Made by a program: the position numbers and the translations under genes
In this document: piece after piece, positions 12,776 to 24,559 of the stretch
Layout of the letters: the number at the start of each line of letters is the position of its first letter
Numbering within the stretch: position 1 is the stretch's first letter
The notes under the pieces: generated by a model
Databases searched by the model: none
The model's input: the letters and a program-made list of their open reading frames with translations, nothing else
Told to the model about the DNA's origin: nothing
From: Mobula hypostoma
Taxonomy: Eukaryota
Direction: 5' to 3'
Length of the DNA stretch: 64,000 bases
Assembly: GCF_963921235.1 (NCBI RefSeq)
Contig: NC_086097.1
Span: forward strand, 119,166,001-119,230,000

Positions 12776-13799
12776 TGATGACTCCGATCACTTTTCACTA
12801 AAATCAATTTTTTATTTGCTCTAATTGTTTTTCATGTGAATGCTGCTTATGTAATACTATGCACCCATAATGTTGTTGTAAGTATGATTTTCATTGTACT
12901 TGTGCGTATGTGTACTTGTGTGCATGACAATAAACTTACCTTTGACTTTGACTTTACATCCTTTCCTGTAGGTTCTCGTGTTGCTTGGGCTTGCCCATAT
13001 GTTAGATTCACATTTTGCAAGTTATTTATCCGCAGTTTCCTATTCTTTAAAAAACTGATGATTTATAGTTGAAAGTAATTACTCCAAATTGGAAAAGAGC
13101 AGAGTAGAGTTAAAGGAGGGTAGTTAATTCAAGTTTTGAGATCAAGGTCATTGGGTTCACTCAGTATTGGGACCCAGGTTTCATTTATTTCGGTGGCCAC
13201 TTTATTAGGCATCTCTGCAGTAGCCTTCCAGTCAAATCACTCTGACACTCTGTATTGACAAGTGGCTTGTGGAATGATCCTTTAGATCATCAGCCAGACA
13301 CCCAGTTCTGTTCCCATTTTTGACAGTAGGGCCCTCATCACTAGTGCTTCCAGAATCTATTCAGTTAGGGAAAGCTCCCTTTATCCTCCCTTGAACGCGG
13401 GCATTGTTGGGGGAACAACATGTGCGCCTTCTGTGGAGCAACCTACCTCCAATGTATGAAATCCCCACTGCATCTGAGAAACTTCACCTTCAGGTAGAGA
13501 GGAGCAGCTTTCTATCTGGCAAGCTCTCTTCAGTCCCTTTCTCCAGTACCATACCTCAGCTCACTCTCTCTATCCTCCTCCACACTCTATCAGCTCCACC
13601 TGCATAGGAGGCTCGAGTGGATTACAGCACAGCAATTTTTTGGATCGGACTCTGTGGGTGCAGCTTGGACTCCCTACCAAACCTACTTCTCACCCTTTCA
13701 CAGGGAAACCTGTATTATTAAAATTATCGTTCACCACTAAATCAACTCTGCTGCTCTGCTTTTGGGTCAAGCCTCCTCTAAGTTCGCTGACACAAGATA

Positions 13800-15364
13800 C
13801 AGGTTTCCCCCACCATCCGAAGGTAGAGCGTTCCTATGAAACTGTTCGTAAGCCAAAATGTCGTAAAGCGAAGAAGCAATTACCATTTATTTATAAGGGA
13901 AAATTTTGTGAGCGTTTACAGACCCAAAAATTACTGACCAAATCATGCCAAATAACACATAAAACCTAACACAACAGTAACACGTAGTAAAAGCAGGAAT
14001 GATATGATAAATACACAGCCTATATAAAGTAGAAATACTTTTCCACAATCATTACTGAACTGTTCGCCGAAGCGAAAATCTCACGCAAGTGCTGTTGGCA
14101 GAAAATCTCACGCAAGCGCTGTTGGCAAGAACACTCTCTCCAGTAACCTTTAAGCTATGAAGCTGCCAAATCATACCAAATAACACGTAAAAATACACAG
14201 CCGATATAAAGTAGAAATAATGTATGTACAGTGTAGTATCACTTACGGGAATCGGGAAGACAGCGCCGAGCACACTGATGATGGTGTGTTAGACTTGTCG
14301 GAGTTTGGGTGGTGCAGTGGCCCCCACCCTCCGGGCCGCTGAGCGATACATTGCCACGAAGAACGCAGGGGTTCAGCGGTAGCCAGGAGGAACACAGCAC
14401 ATCTTTAAGAAAAAAGCCGAAACAAACATACTAATTAATTAGGTGCCGCCCGTAATTGTCGGCCCAGATCAGTGCCGATTTCCGATTGTGTCGTCTCTGA
14501 TCTGGGCCGACAATTACGTGTCGGCGGCACCTAATTAGTTAGCACGTTTATTTGGGTTTTTTTCTTAAAGATGTGCTGTGTGCCTCCCGGCTACCTTCGC
14601 ATTCTCCGCGAATCGGTATCTGCCCGTGGCCTGGGGGTTGGGGTGGTGGGACACTAGGGTGTCATCTCGTCATCTGTTTCCATTAGGGCAGGCAGCTCAT
14701 CTTCTTCTATCTGTGCCCGCTTCGATGTCGAAGGTCGAGGTTCGTCATCTGCTGTGGCTGATGTGGAAGGCTTGCTTGACTGCTGAGCCTCGCGCATTTT
14801 TCTATCACACAGTTCTTTAATAAGGACTCAAACCATCCTGAAAATATCCCCTAAACCGACGTACCCTTTCAAAATTAAAGTCGTACTTTACCATTACTCA
14901 TTCGGTTTCCATTGTTATCCTTTTTTCTTCCAATTGCATCAGCTCTTCATCTGTCAGTTCTTGGTGATGGGATGCCAAAACCTCTTCAACATCATGTTCG
15001 TCAGCTTCCACAAGCCAAACTCACTTTGTCCTTACTTTGTTCACCACGATCAAAACGCTTAATTATGTCTAGTTTTACGGTAAGTGTAACACCCTTACGA
15101 GCTCTTTCAGGCTTTTCCGATACCATTGAACTCATCTTGCAAACGGCTGCTCACAGGCACGTGTTAAAGCAAAGCAGTTCCGAATCCGGGGGAGAGCGGC
15201 TGCTCGGGGCGCGTTGTCTTTTATCGCGCGCTGATTTTTTACCGCACGCTGTTTTTTTTTCGTAATAGTGAAAACACCTTCTGAAAGCGAAAACGGTACT
15301 AATGTAGTTCTTTCGTAACAGTGAGGTTTTGTAAAGCGAACGTTCGAAAAGCGGGGGACACCTG
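13800..15364 (-). mobile_element. Tigger/pogo-type DNA transposon, internal-deletion derivative
   Basis: TA|caggtttcccc ... gggggacacctg|TA termini. The minus strand encodes MSSMVSEKPERARKGVTLTVKLDIIKRFDRGE joined to an acidic C-terminal remnant (DVEEVLASHHQELTDEELMQLEE). Confidence 0.88.
14315..14645. mobile_element. Palindromic hAT-like MITE embedded in the Tigger element
   Basis: Long arms acacagcacatctttaagaaaaaagccg..taattaggtgccgcc..cggcccagatcag / ctgatctgggccgac..ggcggcacctaatta..ttcttaaagatgtgctgtgt; cagtggccccca.. and ..ggggttgggg ends. Confidence 0.65.
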
Positions 15365-16419
15365 TAGTATCTTGTGGCATATATGTATTTCGATAATGAA
15401 CTTACTCTGACTTTGACTTTCTACAGATCTCCACTGACAAGAAGGCAACTGGAATTTACTTAAATTAGGTTCTTCTGTGCTAGCATGCTGGCTTCATTTT
15501 CTTTTGATTGGGAACTTCTGCCTGAGGATTGCTGGGGCCACAGGCAAGCTGAGCACCTTAAAGGCACCTTATGGGGTAAATCTATGGGGTAACAGGAGAA
15601 TTGTGTGCTTGTGTGTGTGTATGTGTAGCTGCTGTAGCTGAGGGCAGGATTTTTATGTGAGATTCAAGTTCTACAGTTATGCACTTGACATATGTACAGA
15701 AATTGAGAGTCTGTGCAATACTTGGTGGCATTGTTTCATGTGTATCTGGATGTCATTAATCATTGGGAATTCAGCCATCATTTGCTACCATCCTTCTTCT
15801 CTTGGAAATCTCATGATCATCAAAATCTCTAAATAACATTCTTTCCCACTCATATTTTTGTGCATCTCTCTATCTATCTAGCAGCAAGCCATCTAGTTCT
15901 TGAATCAAGCCTTGCTCCACAACATTGATCACAAAAGCTAGAAAGAGATTTTAAGATGGGCATAAGGATTTCACATCTTACAAGGAACGTGAGGGAGCTT
16001 CCTCACTTTGCAAGCCAAGACATCTCATTTAAATAATGGCCTTACCTGCAATATCGGGGATTCCTGATCTGTCATTAAACAGGTGATAGGCATTTGCAGC
16101 GAGAATTCTCCCCAAGAGATTAAGATAAGATGATTTTTTTTTCACACAAGTGGTAAACCTTGAGTTTAATGCATTGTAAATGGTATGCTGTGGCAGCAGA
16201 GCAGTGATACTCAACTGACATTAATGACTGGGGAGAGATTACTGACAATCAAGCAAAGTGCCACTTTGTGTTCTGTGAAGCATATATTTATACATCATAA
16301 ACTCCAGTGCTGTTATTCACTTCAGCTGCTAAGCAGTGAATGATAGAAGGTCATTATTCACTCTGAATGTACATGTGGTGTTGAACAATGAGGCTCTGTC
16401 AGTTCAAGATGATTTTATA

Positions 16420-16920
16420 TTCAAGATTCAAGATTCATGTTTATTTATCACATGTACATTGAAACATTCAGTGAAATGCCTTGTTTGCATTAACAACCAA
16501 TACACCCAAGGGCTTGCTAGGGGCAGCCTGCGAGTGTCACCACACATTTCAGCACCAATACAGCATGCTTGAAATATTTGACAGAACGACACAGGACACA
16601 ACAAAGTAGAACACAACAAGCAACAAAACAACAGCAAAACAAGCCCTGTTAGTCCCTCCCACACATGCACATATATAATACTCTAATCCCAAGACTTCTT
16701 CCAGGTTCTAGCCGACTCAGATTCGGACTTTCGTTCAGATGTGGACACACCAAAAATGGGCCTTTGAGAACCCCAGTAGTCTCACAAAGATTTGCAGACG
16801 TTGAGCTCAGGTCAACTAGTCTTGACTTCCAGACTTCTGATTAGATCTTCAGGCCTTGATCTTCACCTTTGAGATCAAGTCATGACAATCACCAAACACT
16901 AGGCCTCGAACTCCAGTCTT
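16420..16920 (-). mobile_element. Non-coding repeat with a Rex-like (TTGAATC)n 3' tail; related to 28730-28965
   Basis: ttcaagattcaagattcatgtttattt..tacattgaaaca..gtgaaatgcc..ttgcattaacaaccaa is shared with 28730-28800. Confidence 0.5.
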
Positions 16921-17008
16921 ATCCTTGAAACGCCATTTGAAGTAAGGTTTGAGTGGGAAAAACGGGATGAATCCACTCTGGAAAATAATGCATCAAGATT
17001 GACTGTCT

Positions 17009-17058
17009 TAACTCCATCATGGATGGTCGCAAGTTCGGCTGCGAAGGGAGGAGATTTA
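17009..17058 (+). ncRNA. Degenerate twister-ribozyme-like motif
   Basis: t|aactcc-atcatggat-ggtcgcaagttcgg-ctgcgaag-ggaggag resembles the twister core UAACUCC..GGUCCCAAGCCCGG..GGAGGAG; P2 is ctcc/ggag. Confidence 0.6.
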
Positions 17059-17476
17059 GGAATTGGTCTAGCAACCCTATCTCATTAAAAACCCAGAGAA
17101 CTGCCAGCAGAGGCTCCAAGGAGCTCATCCTAGGTAGAGGAATAATCTTCACCTACAGGTCCAGGACAGTGTCACAATGTGCGCTGACAATACTGGAACC
17201 CAAGTGCAGTGGAAAGACAGACATTTATGCAGAGATGGTGATGAGAGTTTATTCATAATCATTCCTAAAGAACACCAGTAACTTGGATGAGCGACACCAT
17301 GAGAAGTAACATTCTCAAAACCAGGACCCTGCGATTAGCGATAATCAGGCATCCGCTTAAATAATACAAGTAATACGGAAACAACAGGAATTCTGCAGAT
17401 GCTGGAAATTCAAGCAACACACATAAAAGTTGCTGGTGAACGCAGCAGGCCAGGCAGCATCTCTAGGAAGAGGTGC

Positions 17477-17512
17477 AGTCGACGTTTCAGGCCGAGACCC
17501 TTCGTCAGGACT
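17477..17512 (-). ncRNA. Minimal type I hammerhead ribozyme (Penelope pLTR)
   Basis: Minus strand agtc-CTGACGA-agg-gtctcgg-cct-GAAAC-GTC-gact: core, helix I and helix II are intact. Confidence 0.85.
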
Positions 17513-17810
17513 AACTGAAGGAAGAGTGAGTAAGGGATTTGAAAGTTGGAGGGGGAGGGGGAGATCCAAAATGATAGGAGAAGACAGGAGGGGGAGGGAT
17601 AGAGCCGAGAGCTGGACAGGTGATAGGCAAAAGGGATACGAGAGGATCATGGGACAGGAGGTCTGGGAAGAAAGACAAGGAAGTGGTGGGGGGTCCCAGA
17701 GGATGGGCAAGGGGTATATTCAGAGGGACAGAGGGAGAAAAAGGAGAATGAGAGAAAGAATATGTGTATAAAAGTAAGTAACAGATGGGGTACGAGGGGG
17801 AGGTGGGGCA

Positions 17811-19309
17811 TTAGCGGAAGTTAGAGAAGTCGATGTTCATGCCATCAGGTTGGAGGCTACCCATACGGAATATAAGGTGTTGTTCCTCCAACCTGAGTGT
17901 GGCTTCATCTTTACAGTAGAGGAGGCCGTGGATAGACATATCAGAATGGGAGTGGGATGTGGAATTAAAATGTGTGGCCACTGGGAGATCCTGCTTTCTC
18001 TGGCGGACTGAGCGTAGATGTTCAGCAAAGCGGTCTCCCAGTCTGCATCAGGTCTTGCCAATATATAAAAGGCCACATCGGGAGGACCGGACGCAGTATA
18101 TCACACCAGTCGACTCACAGGTGAAGTGTTGCCTCACCTGGAAGGACTGTTTGGGGCCCTGAATGGTGGTAAGGGAGGAAGTGTAAGGGCATGTGTAGCA
18201 CTTGTTCTGCTTACACAGATAAGTGCCAGGAGGGAGATCAGTGGGGAGGGATGGGGGGGAACGAATGGACAAGGGAGTTGCGTGGGGAGCGATCCCTGCG
18301 GAATGCAGAGAGAGGGGGGAGGGAAAGATGTGCTTAGTGGTGGGATCCCGTTGGAGGTGGCGGAAGTTACGGAAAATAATATGTTGGACCCGGAGGCTGG
18401 TGGGGTGGTAGGTGAGGACCAGGGGGACCCTATTCCTAGTTGGGTGGCGGGAGGAAGGAGTGAGAGCAGATGTACGTGAAATGGGGGAGATGCGTTTAAG
18501 AGCAGAGTTGATAGTGGAGGAAGGGAAGCCCCTTTCTTTAAAAAAGGAAGACATCTCCCTCATCCTAGAATGAAAAGCCTCATCCTGAGAGCAGATGCGG
18601 CGGAGATGGAGGAATTGCGAGAAGGGGATGGCGTTTTTGCAAGAGATAGGATGAGAAGAGGAATAGTCCAGATAGCTGTGAGAGTCAGTAGGCTTATAGT
18701 AGGCATCAGTGGATAAGCTGTCTCCAGAGACAGAGACAGAAAGATCTAGAAAGGGGAGGGAGGTGTCGGAAATGGACCAGGTAACCTTGAGGGCAGGGTG
18801 AAAGCTGAAGGCAAAGTTAATAAAGTCAACGAGTTCTGCATGCGTGCAGGAAACAGCGTCAATGCAGTCGTCGATGTAGCGAAGGAAAAGTGGGGGACAG
18901 ATACCAGAATAGGCACGGAACATAGATTGTTCCACAAAGCCAACAAAAAGGCAGGCATAGCTAGGACCCATACGGGTGCCCATAGCTACACCTTTAGTTT
19001 GGAGGAAGTGGGAAGAGCCAAAGGAGAAATTATTAAGAGTAAGGACTAATTCCGCTAGACGGAGCAGAGTGGTGGTAGAGGGGAACTGATTAGGTCTGGT
19101 ATCCAAAAAGAAGCAGAGAGCTTTGAGATCTTCCTGATGGGGGATGGAAGTATATAGGGACTGGACATCCATGGTGAAAATAAAGCGGTGGGGGCCAGGG
19201 AACTTAAAATCATCGAAAAGTTTAAGAGCGTGAGAAGTGTCACGAACATAGGTTGGAAGGGATTGAACAAGGGGGGATAAAACCGTGTCGAGGTATGCAG
19301 AAACGAGTT
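17811..19309 (-). pseudogene. Penelope RT-GIY-YIG polyprotein, 5'-truncated and disrupted
   Basis: MDVQSLYTSIPH, GVAMGTRMGPSYA, RYIDD, Cys linker CKQNKCYTC, VIYCVRSSRCGLLYIGKT. There is a premature TGA at 18048-18050, and a pair of compensating frameshifts relative to the plus arm. Confidence 0.92.
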
Positions 19310-20216
19310 CCCCACCACCACCACCCCACCAGCCTCCGGGTCCAACATATTATTCTCCGTAACTTCCGCCACCTCCAACGGGATCCCACCACTAAGCACA
19401 TCTTTCCCTTCCCCCCTCTCTCTGCATTCCGCCGGGATCACTCCCTACGCAACTCCCTTGTCCATTTGTCCCCCCCATCCCTCCCCACTGATCTCCCTCC
19501 TGGTGCTTATCTGTGTAAGCGGAACAAGTGCTACACATGTCCTTACACTTTCTCCCTTACCACCATTCAGGGCCCCAAACAGTCCTTCCAGGTGAGGCAA
19601 CACTTCACCTGTGAGTCGGCTGGGGTGATATACTGCGTCCGGTTCTCCCGATGTGGCCTTTTATATATTGGCAAGACCTGACGCAGACTGGGAGACCACT
19701 TTGCTGAACATCTACGCTCTGTCCGCCAGAGAAAGCAGGATCTCCCAGTGGCCACACATTTTAATTCCACATCCCACTCCCATTCTGACAGGTCTATCCA
19801 CGGCCTCCTCTACTGTAAAGATGAAGCCACACTCAGGTTGGAGGAACAACACCTTATATTCCGTCTGGGTAGCCTCCAACCTGATGGCATGAACATCGAC
19901 TTCTCTAACTTCTGCTAATGCCCCACCTCCCCCTCGTACCCCATCTGTTACTTACTTTTATACACATATTCTTTCTCTCACTCTCCTTTTTCTCCCTCTG
20001 TCCCTCTGAATATACCCCTTGCCCATCCTCTGGGTCCCCCCCCCACCTCCTTGTCTTTCTTCCCGGACCTCCTGTACCATGATCCTCTCGTATCCCTTTT
20101 GCCTATCACCTGTCCAGCTCTTGGCTCTATCCCTCCCCCTCCTGTCTTCTCCTATCATTTTGGATCTCCCCCTCCCCCTCCCACTTTCAAATCTCTTACT
20201 CACTCTTCCTTCAGTT

Positions 20217-20252
20217 AGTCCTGATGAAGGGTCTCGGCCTGAAACGTCGACT
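20217..20252 (+). ncRNA. Minimal type I hammerhead ribozyme (Penelope pLTR)
   Basis: agtc-CTGATGA-agg-gtctcgg-cct-GAAAC-GTC-gact; predicted cleavage after C20248; helix III reduced to palindromic ACGT. Confidence 0.88.
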
Positions 20253-21033
20253 GCACCTCTTCCTAGAGATGCTGCCTGGCCTGCTGTGTTCACCAGCAAC
20301 TTTTATGTGTGTTGCAAGTAATACGGAATTCCTGAGCCAATCAAAATAAACATAGCAAACTTAAAGAGAAAGCACCAGAAGAATGCATTACAAAGACCGA
20401 GTCACTCAAGAAAAAACACAAGGAACTCTAAAGAATTAACATCTGTCATTAAGTAACAATTAACCATTTCAGGTACTCTAAAATCCTTGGAGTCCAATGC
20501 TCTCTGGCACCTCACACAAGCCCAAAGAACACATTACAGACAAAGGACTCTAGCAAGTTGCTGTGGGAGGCCTATGGCCCAGTAAAGGTGATGGAATTAA
20601 AGAAGTTAGTAATTGACTCTCTTGAGAATAAAAACCTGGAGACTGAGAGCTGCTGACTCAGACAGGACACTGTGGCTCATTGAGGATATTCCTGAGGTCT
20701 TCTTAGTTCTTAGTCCTCTCTGTCCGGCAGTCTACCAACTCTCTCCATTCGCATCTTCTCTTCTCTTCTCATCTCTCCCCGACAAAAGACCACAAAATCC
20801 CTGTTCCCAGACCCACAAGAAAGAACAACATCTCACTCATTGGATAGCACACATTCCAAAGCCCCGTTATCTCTAGCCATAACCCAAGCATCGCTGCTAC
20901 AGAGAAACCATTACCTTAGCAGTGAAATCGTACAGTGCGTTACATGTACGCACATGAGAAAAGTGCATAGGCGCTGTGTGTGAAAGTGTGGATGTTTAAA
21001 CATGAGTACTACTATGTGTTTTTGTTTACTGCA

Positions 21034-21056
21034 GTGTGTTTGTGTGTGTGCGTGTG

Positions 21057-21099
<43 letters not shown>
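21034..21099. repeat. (TG)n microsatellite
   Basis: Visible TG run with a few interruptions. Confidence 0.95.
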
Positions 21100-21100
<1 letters not shown>

Positions 21101-21544
21101 CAGCAACATGCATGGATTCAGCATGTATGTGATTTGCAATCAACATGAATCTTCTTGCCATTGGATTAAATCCTGTCACGAATGTGTGGCAGTTAATGTC
21201 AAACATCCATAGCATAGTCAAAGTCATTGCACACAGGTATCATTTGTCCCTCAGAAATGGAGTGAAAATAAGTCACCCTAGCCCGTAGGAACTGCATAAG
21301 AAGAAGAAAGTACACAGGTAAAAAAAATCAAATAAAATCTAAAAGATATCTTTCTAAAATGTTAAAAGTTTTGGTTGAACTGAACAATTAATATACCATC
21401 CCTTCACCTTGAATTATATATAACATTTCTAGACTCTTAAATTTATATTATAGATATTCATTGAAGGTAGTCCCATACATTCAAACTTTTTTTCACATTT
21501 TTATCTCTGAATATCAGTCAGCATTTCAGTGAACTGATATTCAG

Positions 21545-21805
21545 TGAGACTAGAACTAGAGGTCATAGGTTAAGGATGAAAGGTGAAATATTAAAGGGAA
21601 CCTGAAGTGGAGTTTCTTCGCACAAAAAGTGACAAGAGTGCGGAACAAGTAGTGGAAGCGGGTTTGATTTCAACATTTAAGAGAAGTTTGGATAAGTAGG
21701 TGGATGGGAGAGGTGTGGGTCAATGAGACGATGCAAACTAATAGAAAAGCACAAATTAGATGAGACGAACAGCCTGTTTCTGTGTTGTAGTGCACTATGA
21801 CTCTA
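21545..21805 (+). mobile_element. CR1 3' fragment
   Basis: ctagaactagaggtcataggttaagg..catttaagagaagtttggata..gcctgtttctgtgttgta. Confidence 0.75.
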
Positions 21806-22294
21806 GGAATTTATGGTTACGGGGGAGTGCATGGATGATAATTGATGTGGTACTAATGTCTAAGAATGAGAAGTGGTTTTATTTGGGGAATTTTCAGGGC
21901 AGGCAAGAAATGGTAGTTGTATCATCCCTCTCTTTATCCACAGTATCAGATCATGTGTCACAAGAAGCAATGCTAGCAGTCTATGAGTCATCAGCTATAT
22001 TTCTTTTTTACTAATGTACAGAACTGACCCCCTCTCCACTTCAATGCATCCTTGACTGAGATGCTGATGGAACAATGTTTGTTGGGACAACAAAATTTGG
22101 TATAACTTATGTTGTCATAAGCTATAAGGCTGGGAGAGATACTCAGAAGTTAGGGACATTGTGTAAGTGTCCAACTGGAAACCAATAGATAATCAAGCAA
22201 GGACCAGGAAGAAACTGTGCAAGTTCTGTGGGTCAAAAATATACAGTGAACATGGATCAAAAGATCCAGCTTAATGAGAACGGAAGGTAGGAGG

Positions 22295-22860
22295 GTGCTC
22301 AGTGCTGACTACCTATGGGTAACCAATCCCTCTTTCCCTCTCGCTCGCTGCTCTCAGAAGAAGGCATCTGTCTGCAAATGGTTTCTCTCTCCCTCTTGTT
22401 CGATGCTGCCGGATGATAGTGCTGGAGTCCTGGTTTGGGGTAAGATTTCATCTGTGCTGTTTGTGGGTTGAACTCCGTAGTTCATGTTATGATGTGTTTC
22501 TGGTATCTGGTCACTTTTTTTTGTTGCTATTTTGATCAGGGGGTGGGATGTTGGCTCTGCAGCCTGCAGATAATGAAGGGTTAGGGTTAGACTGAACTGA
22601 GATGGAATGAATATGCCTGAACTCTTGTGATAATTTTGTGGTTTGCTGATTTATATTCTGTGTTTTTCATTTGTTTTTTTTTGTCAATTGCATGATTTGT
22701 TCTTTTTTTGCATATTTGGGGTCTGATGTTTTCTTTGAATGGGTTTTATGGTTTTCTTTGTTTCATGGCTGTCTGTGGAAAGATGAATCTCAGGGTTGTA
22801 TATTGTACACATACTTTGATAATAAATGTAGTTTGAGTCTTTGAATCTCGAATTTTTGAA
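22295..22860 (+). mobile_element. Non-coding repeat with a Rex-like 3' tail
   Basis: Ends gaatctcagggttgtata..tactttgataataaatgtagtttgagtctttgaatc; no ORF. Confidence 0.45.
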
Positions 22861-23239
22861 AGATTCATGGGACTGAATTGATAAATGCACTTGACATCCG
22901 AGATGTTAACTAAAGGGCACTGTGATAGAAGACCATTAATCTAGGTTTCAAAATGCTTTACATAATGTATTCATCAATGGCCAAGATATGGAATGGAAGA
23001 CTAAGAAGATTGAGAACTCAGAGGATGATACTCAGTGTAGAGTTTTAGTTCATACACCAGAATTTGGCACAGAAATTGAGGATACGTCAAGTGGCCTCTT
23101 CAGGGGTGATTCAAATTCAAGATTGTTTGATGTCATTTTCTGTACACAAGTGTAAAGGAGAGCAAAATAATTGTTACTCCAGATTTGATGCAGCACAAAG
23201 AGAAAACACACACAGTGAGATAAAGAACACAATAATTTA

Positions 23240-23510
23240 ACCACTTGGAAATTAACACCACCACTTAGACACCCTCCTCTAAGTCACTCACCATCCTGGC
23301 TTGGAAACATATCGCCGTTCCTTCTTTGTCACTCGGTCAAAATCATGGAATTCCCTCCCTGACAGCAGCGGGTGTACCTGCACCTCAGGGACTGCAGTGG
23401 TTCAAGAAGTTAGCTCGTCACTACCTACTCAAGGGCAACTTGGGATGGGCAATAAATGCTGACTTAGCTGGCAATGCCCACATCCCACAAATGAATAAAT
23501 AAAAAAAACA
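23240..23510 (+). mobile_element. LINE 3' end (CR1/L2 clade) with an A-rich tail, inserted into a Rex 3' fragment (23110-23665, minus)
   Basis: gcagtggttcaagaag..ctcaagggcaacttgggatgggcaataaatgctg..gcccacatccc..aataaataaaaaaa; acaataatt occurs on both sides. Confidence 0.6.
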
Positions 23511-23989
23511 ATAATTAAAAAACATGATAAATATAAATACATAAAATAGCTTATATACATAGATTGATTGCGTATGCGTAAGTGTCTATACATAAGGTGA
23601 CTCTGACAAGAAATGATAAAGTAATAGTCATGGGTGGAGGTGCTGATCAGCCTTACTGCTTGGGGAGTTTCTTGTTCATTAGTATCCTAATTCAACTCAA
23701 TAGCTTCTATCAGAGTGAAATAGTTAACATAATATGCGAGCATGCTGTATTGATGTTTTTTTCAGATGAGCTTTATGGTGGCATGGAAACCTATCATTAG
23801 TTTTAGAGTCTTCGATTGCAGCTTACTCTTCTGACATGTAGTGCAGTTACTATAAGCAAATGGTCCACTCATCTTGTTTAAATAGCTTAAGTACAAGGTG
23901 GCAGGCAAAACCTGAAAAAGCTCCCAATGAGAGTCAGAATACGGCTGGAAATAAAACAGTTAAAACCACACAAATTACCAGTAGACAAC

Positions 23990-24545
23990 CATAAACACAA
24001 GTGATTCTGCAGATGCAGGACATCGAGAATAACACATAAAATGCTGGAGGATCTCAGCAGAGCAGGCAGTATCTATAGAGAGGAATAAAGAGTCAGTGTT
24101 AAGGGCAACAATAAGAAGGTGGGGGAGGGTAGAAGGGGTACAACAGTACAAGATGATTGGTAAAAATAGGTTCTGAGGAAGGAACAGTAGATGGGTGGGG
24201 GAGAGGGATGAAGTGAGAAGCTGGGAGGCGATAGGTGGAAAAGGTAAAGGGCTGAAGAAGAAGTAAACTGATAGGACAGGACAGTGGACCATAGGAGAAA
24301 GGGAATGAGGAGGGGCACCAGAGGGAGGTGATAGGCAGATGAGAAGAGAAGGGGCAAGAGGAGAGCCAGAACAAGGAGTAGAGAAGAGAGAAGACTGAGG
24401 AAGATGAAGTTACCAGAACTTAGAAAAAATCAATGTTCATGTGACCAGGTTGGAGGCAATCCAGACAAAAGTGAGGTGTTGTTCCTCTCGGCTGAGAATG
24501 GCTTCATCCTGGCAGTAGAGGAAGCCATGGATGGACATGTTGGAA
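23990..24545 (-). mobile_element. Penelope 3' fragment
   Basis: ataaacacaagtgattctgcagatgc terminus, purine-rich tract, GIY-YIG tail remnant (aggttggaggc..gaggtgttgttcctc). Confidence 0.85.
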
Positions 24546-24559
24546 TGCAAACTCCTCTA

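Larger units (their letters stand above)
17381..20314. mobile_element. Neptune-type Penelope element, head-to-head inverted insertion (minus arm 17381-19309, plus arm ~19310-20314)
   Basis: ~1-kb inverted arms (17415-18410 vs 19315-20314); 14-bp TSD caagtaatacggaa at 17367-17380 and 20315-20328. Confidence 0.95.
17010..20611 (+). mobile_element. Non-autonomous RTE-like retroelement (~650 bp: 17010-17380 plus 20329-20611), split by a Penelope insertion
   Basis: TSD attgactgtctt (16998-17009) / attgactctctt (20612-20623); RTE-type 5' UTR (..ctagcaaccctatc..aaaaccc); RTE-type 3' end tgtgggaggcctatg..aagaagttagta. Confidence 0.7.

Noticed and set aside
18048..19172. The 374-aa ORF as a functional or domesticated RT gene
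   Set aside because: It is 5'-truncated by the inversion junction, has a premature stop inside GIY-YIG and a frameshifted stretch relative to the other arm. It is an ordinary Penelope pseudogene.
20625..20945. Possible LTR fragment ending gcgttaca
   Set aside because: No matching opposite terminus or TSD was identified.
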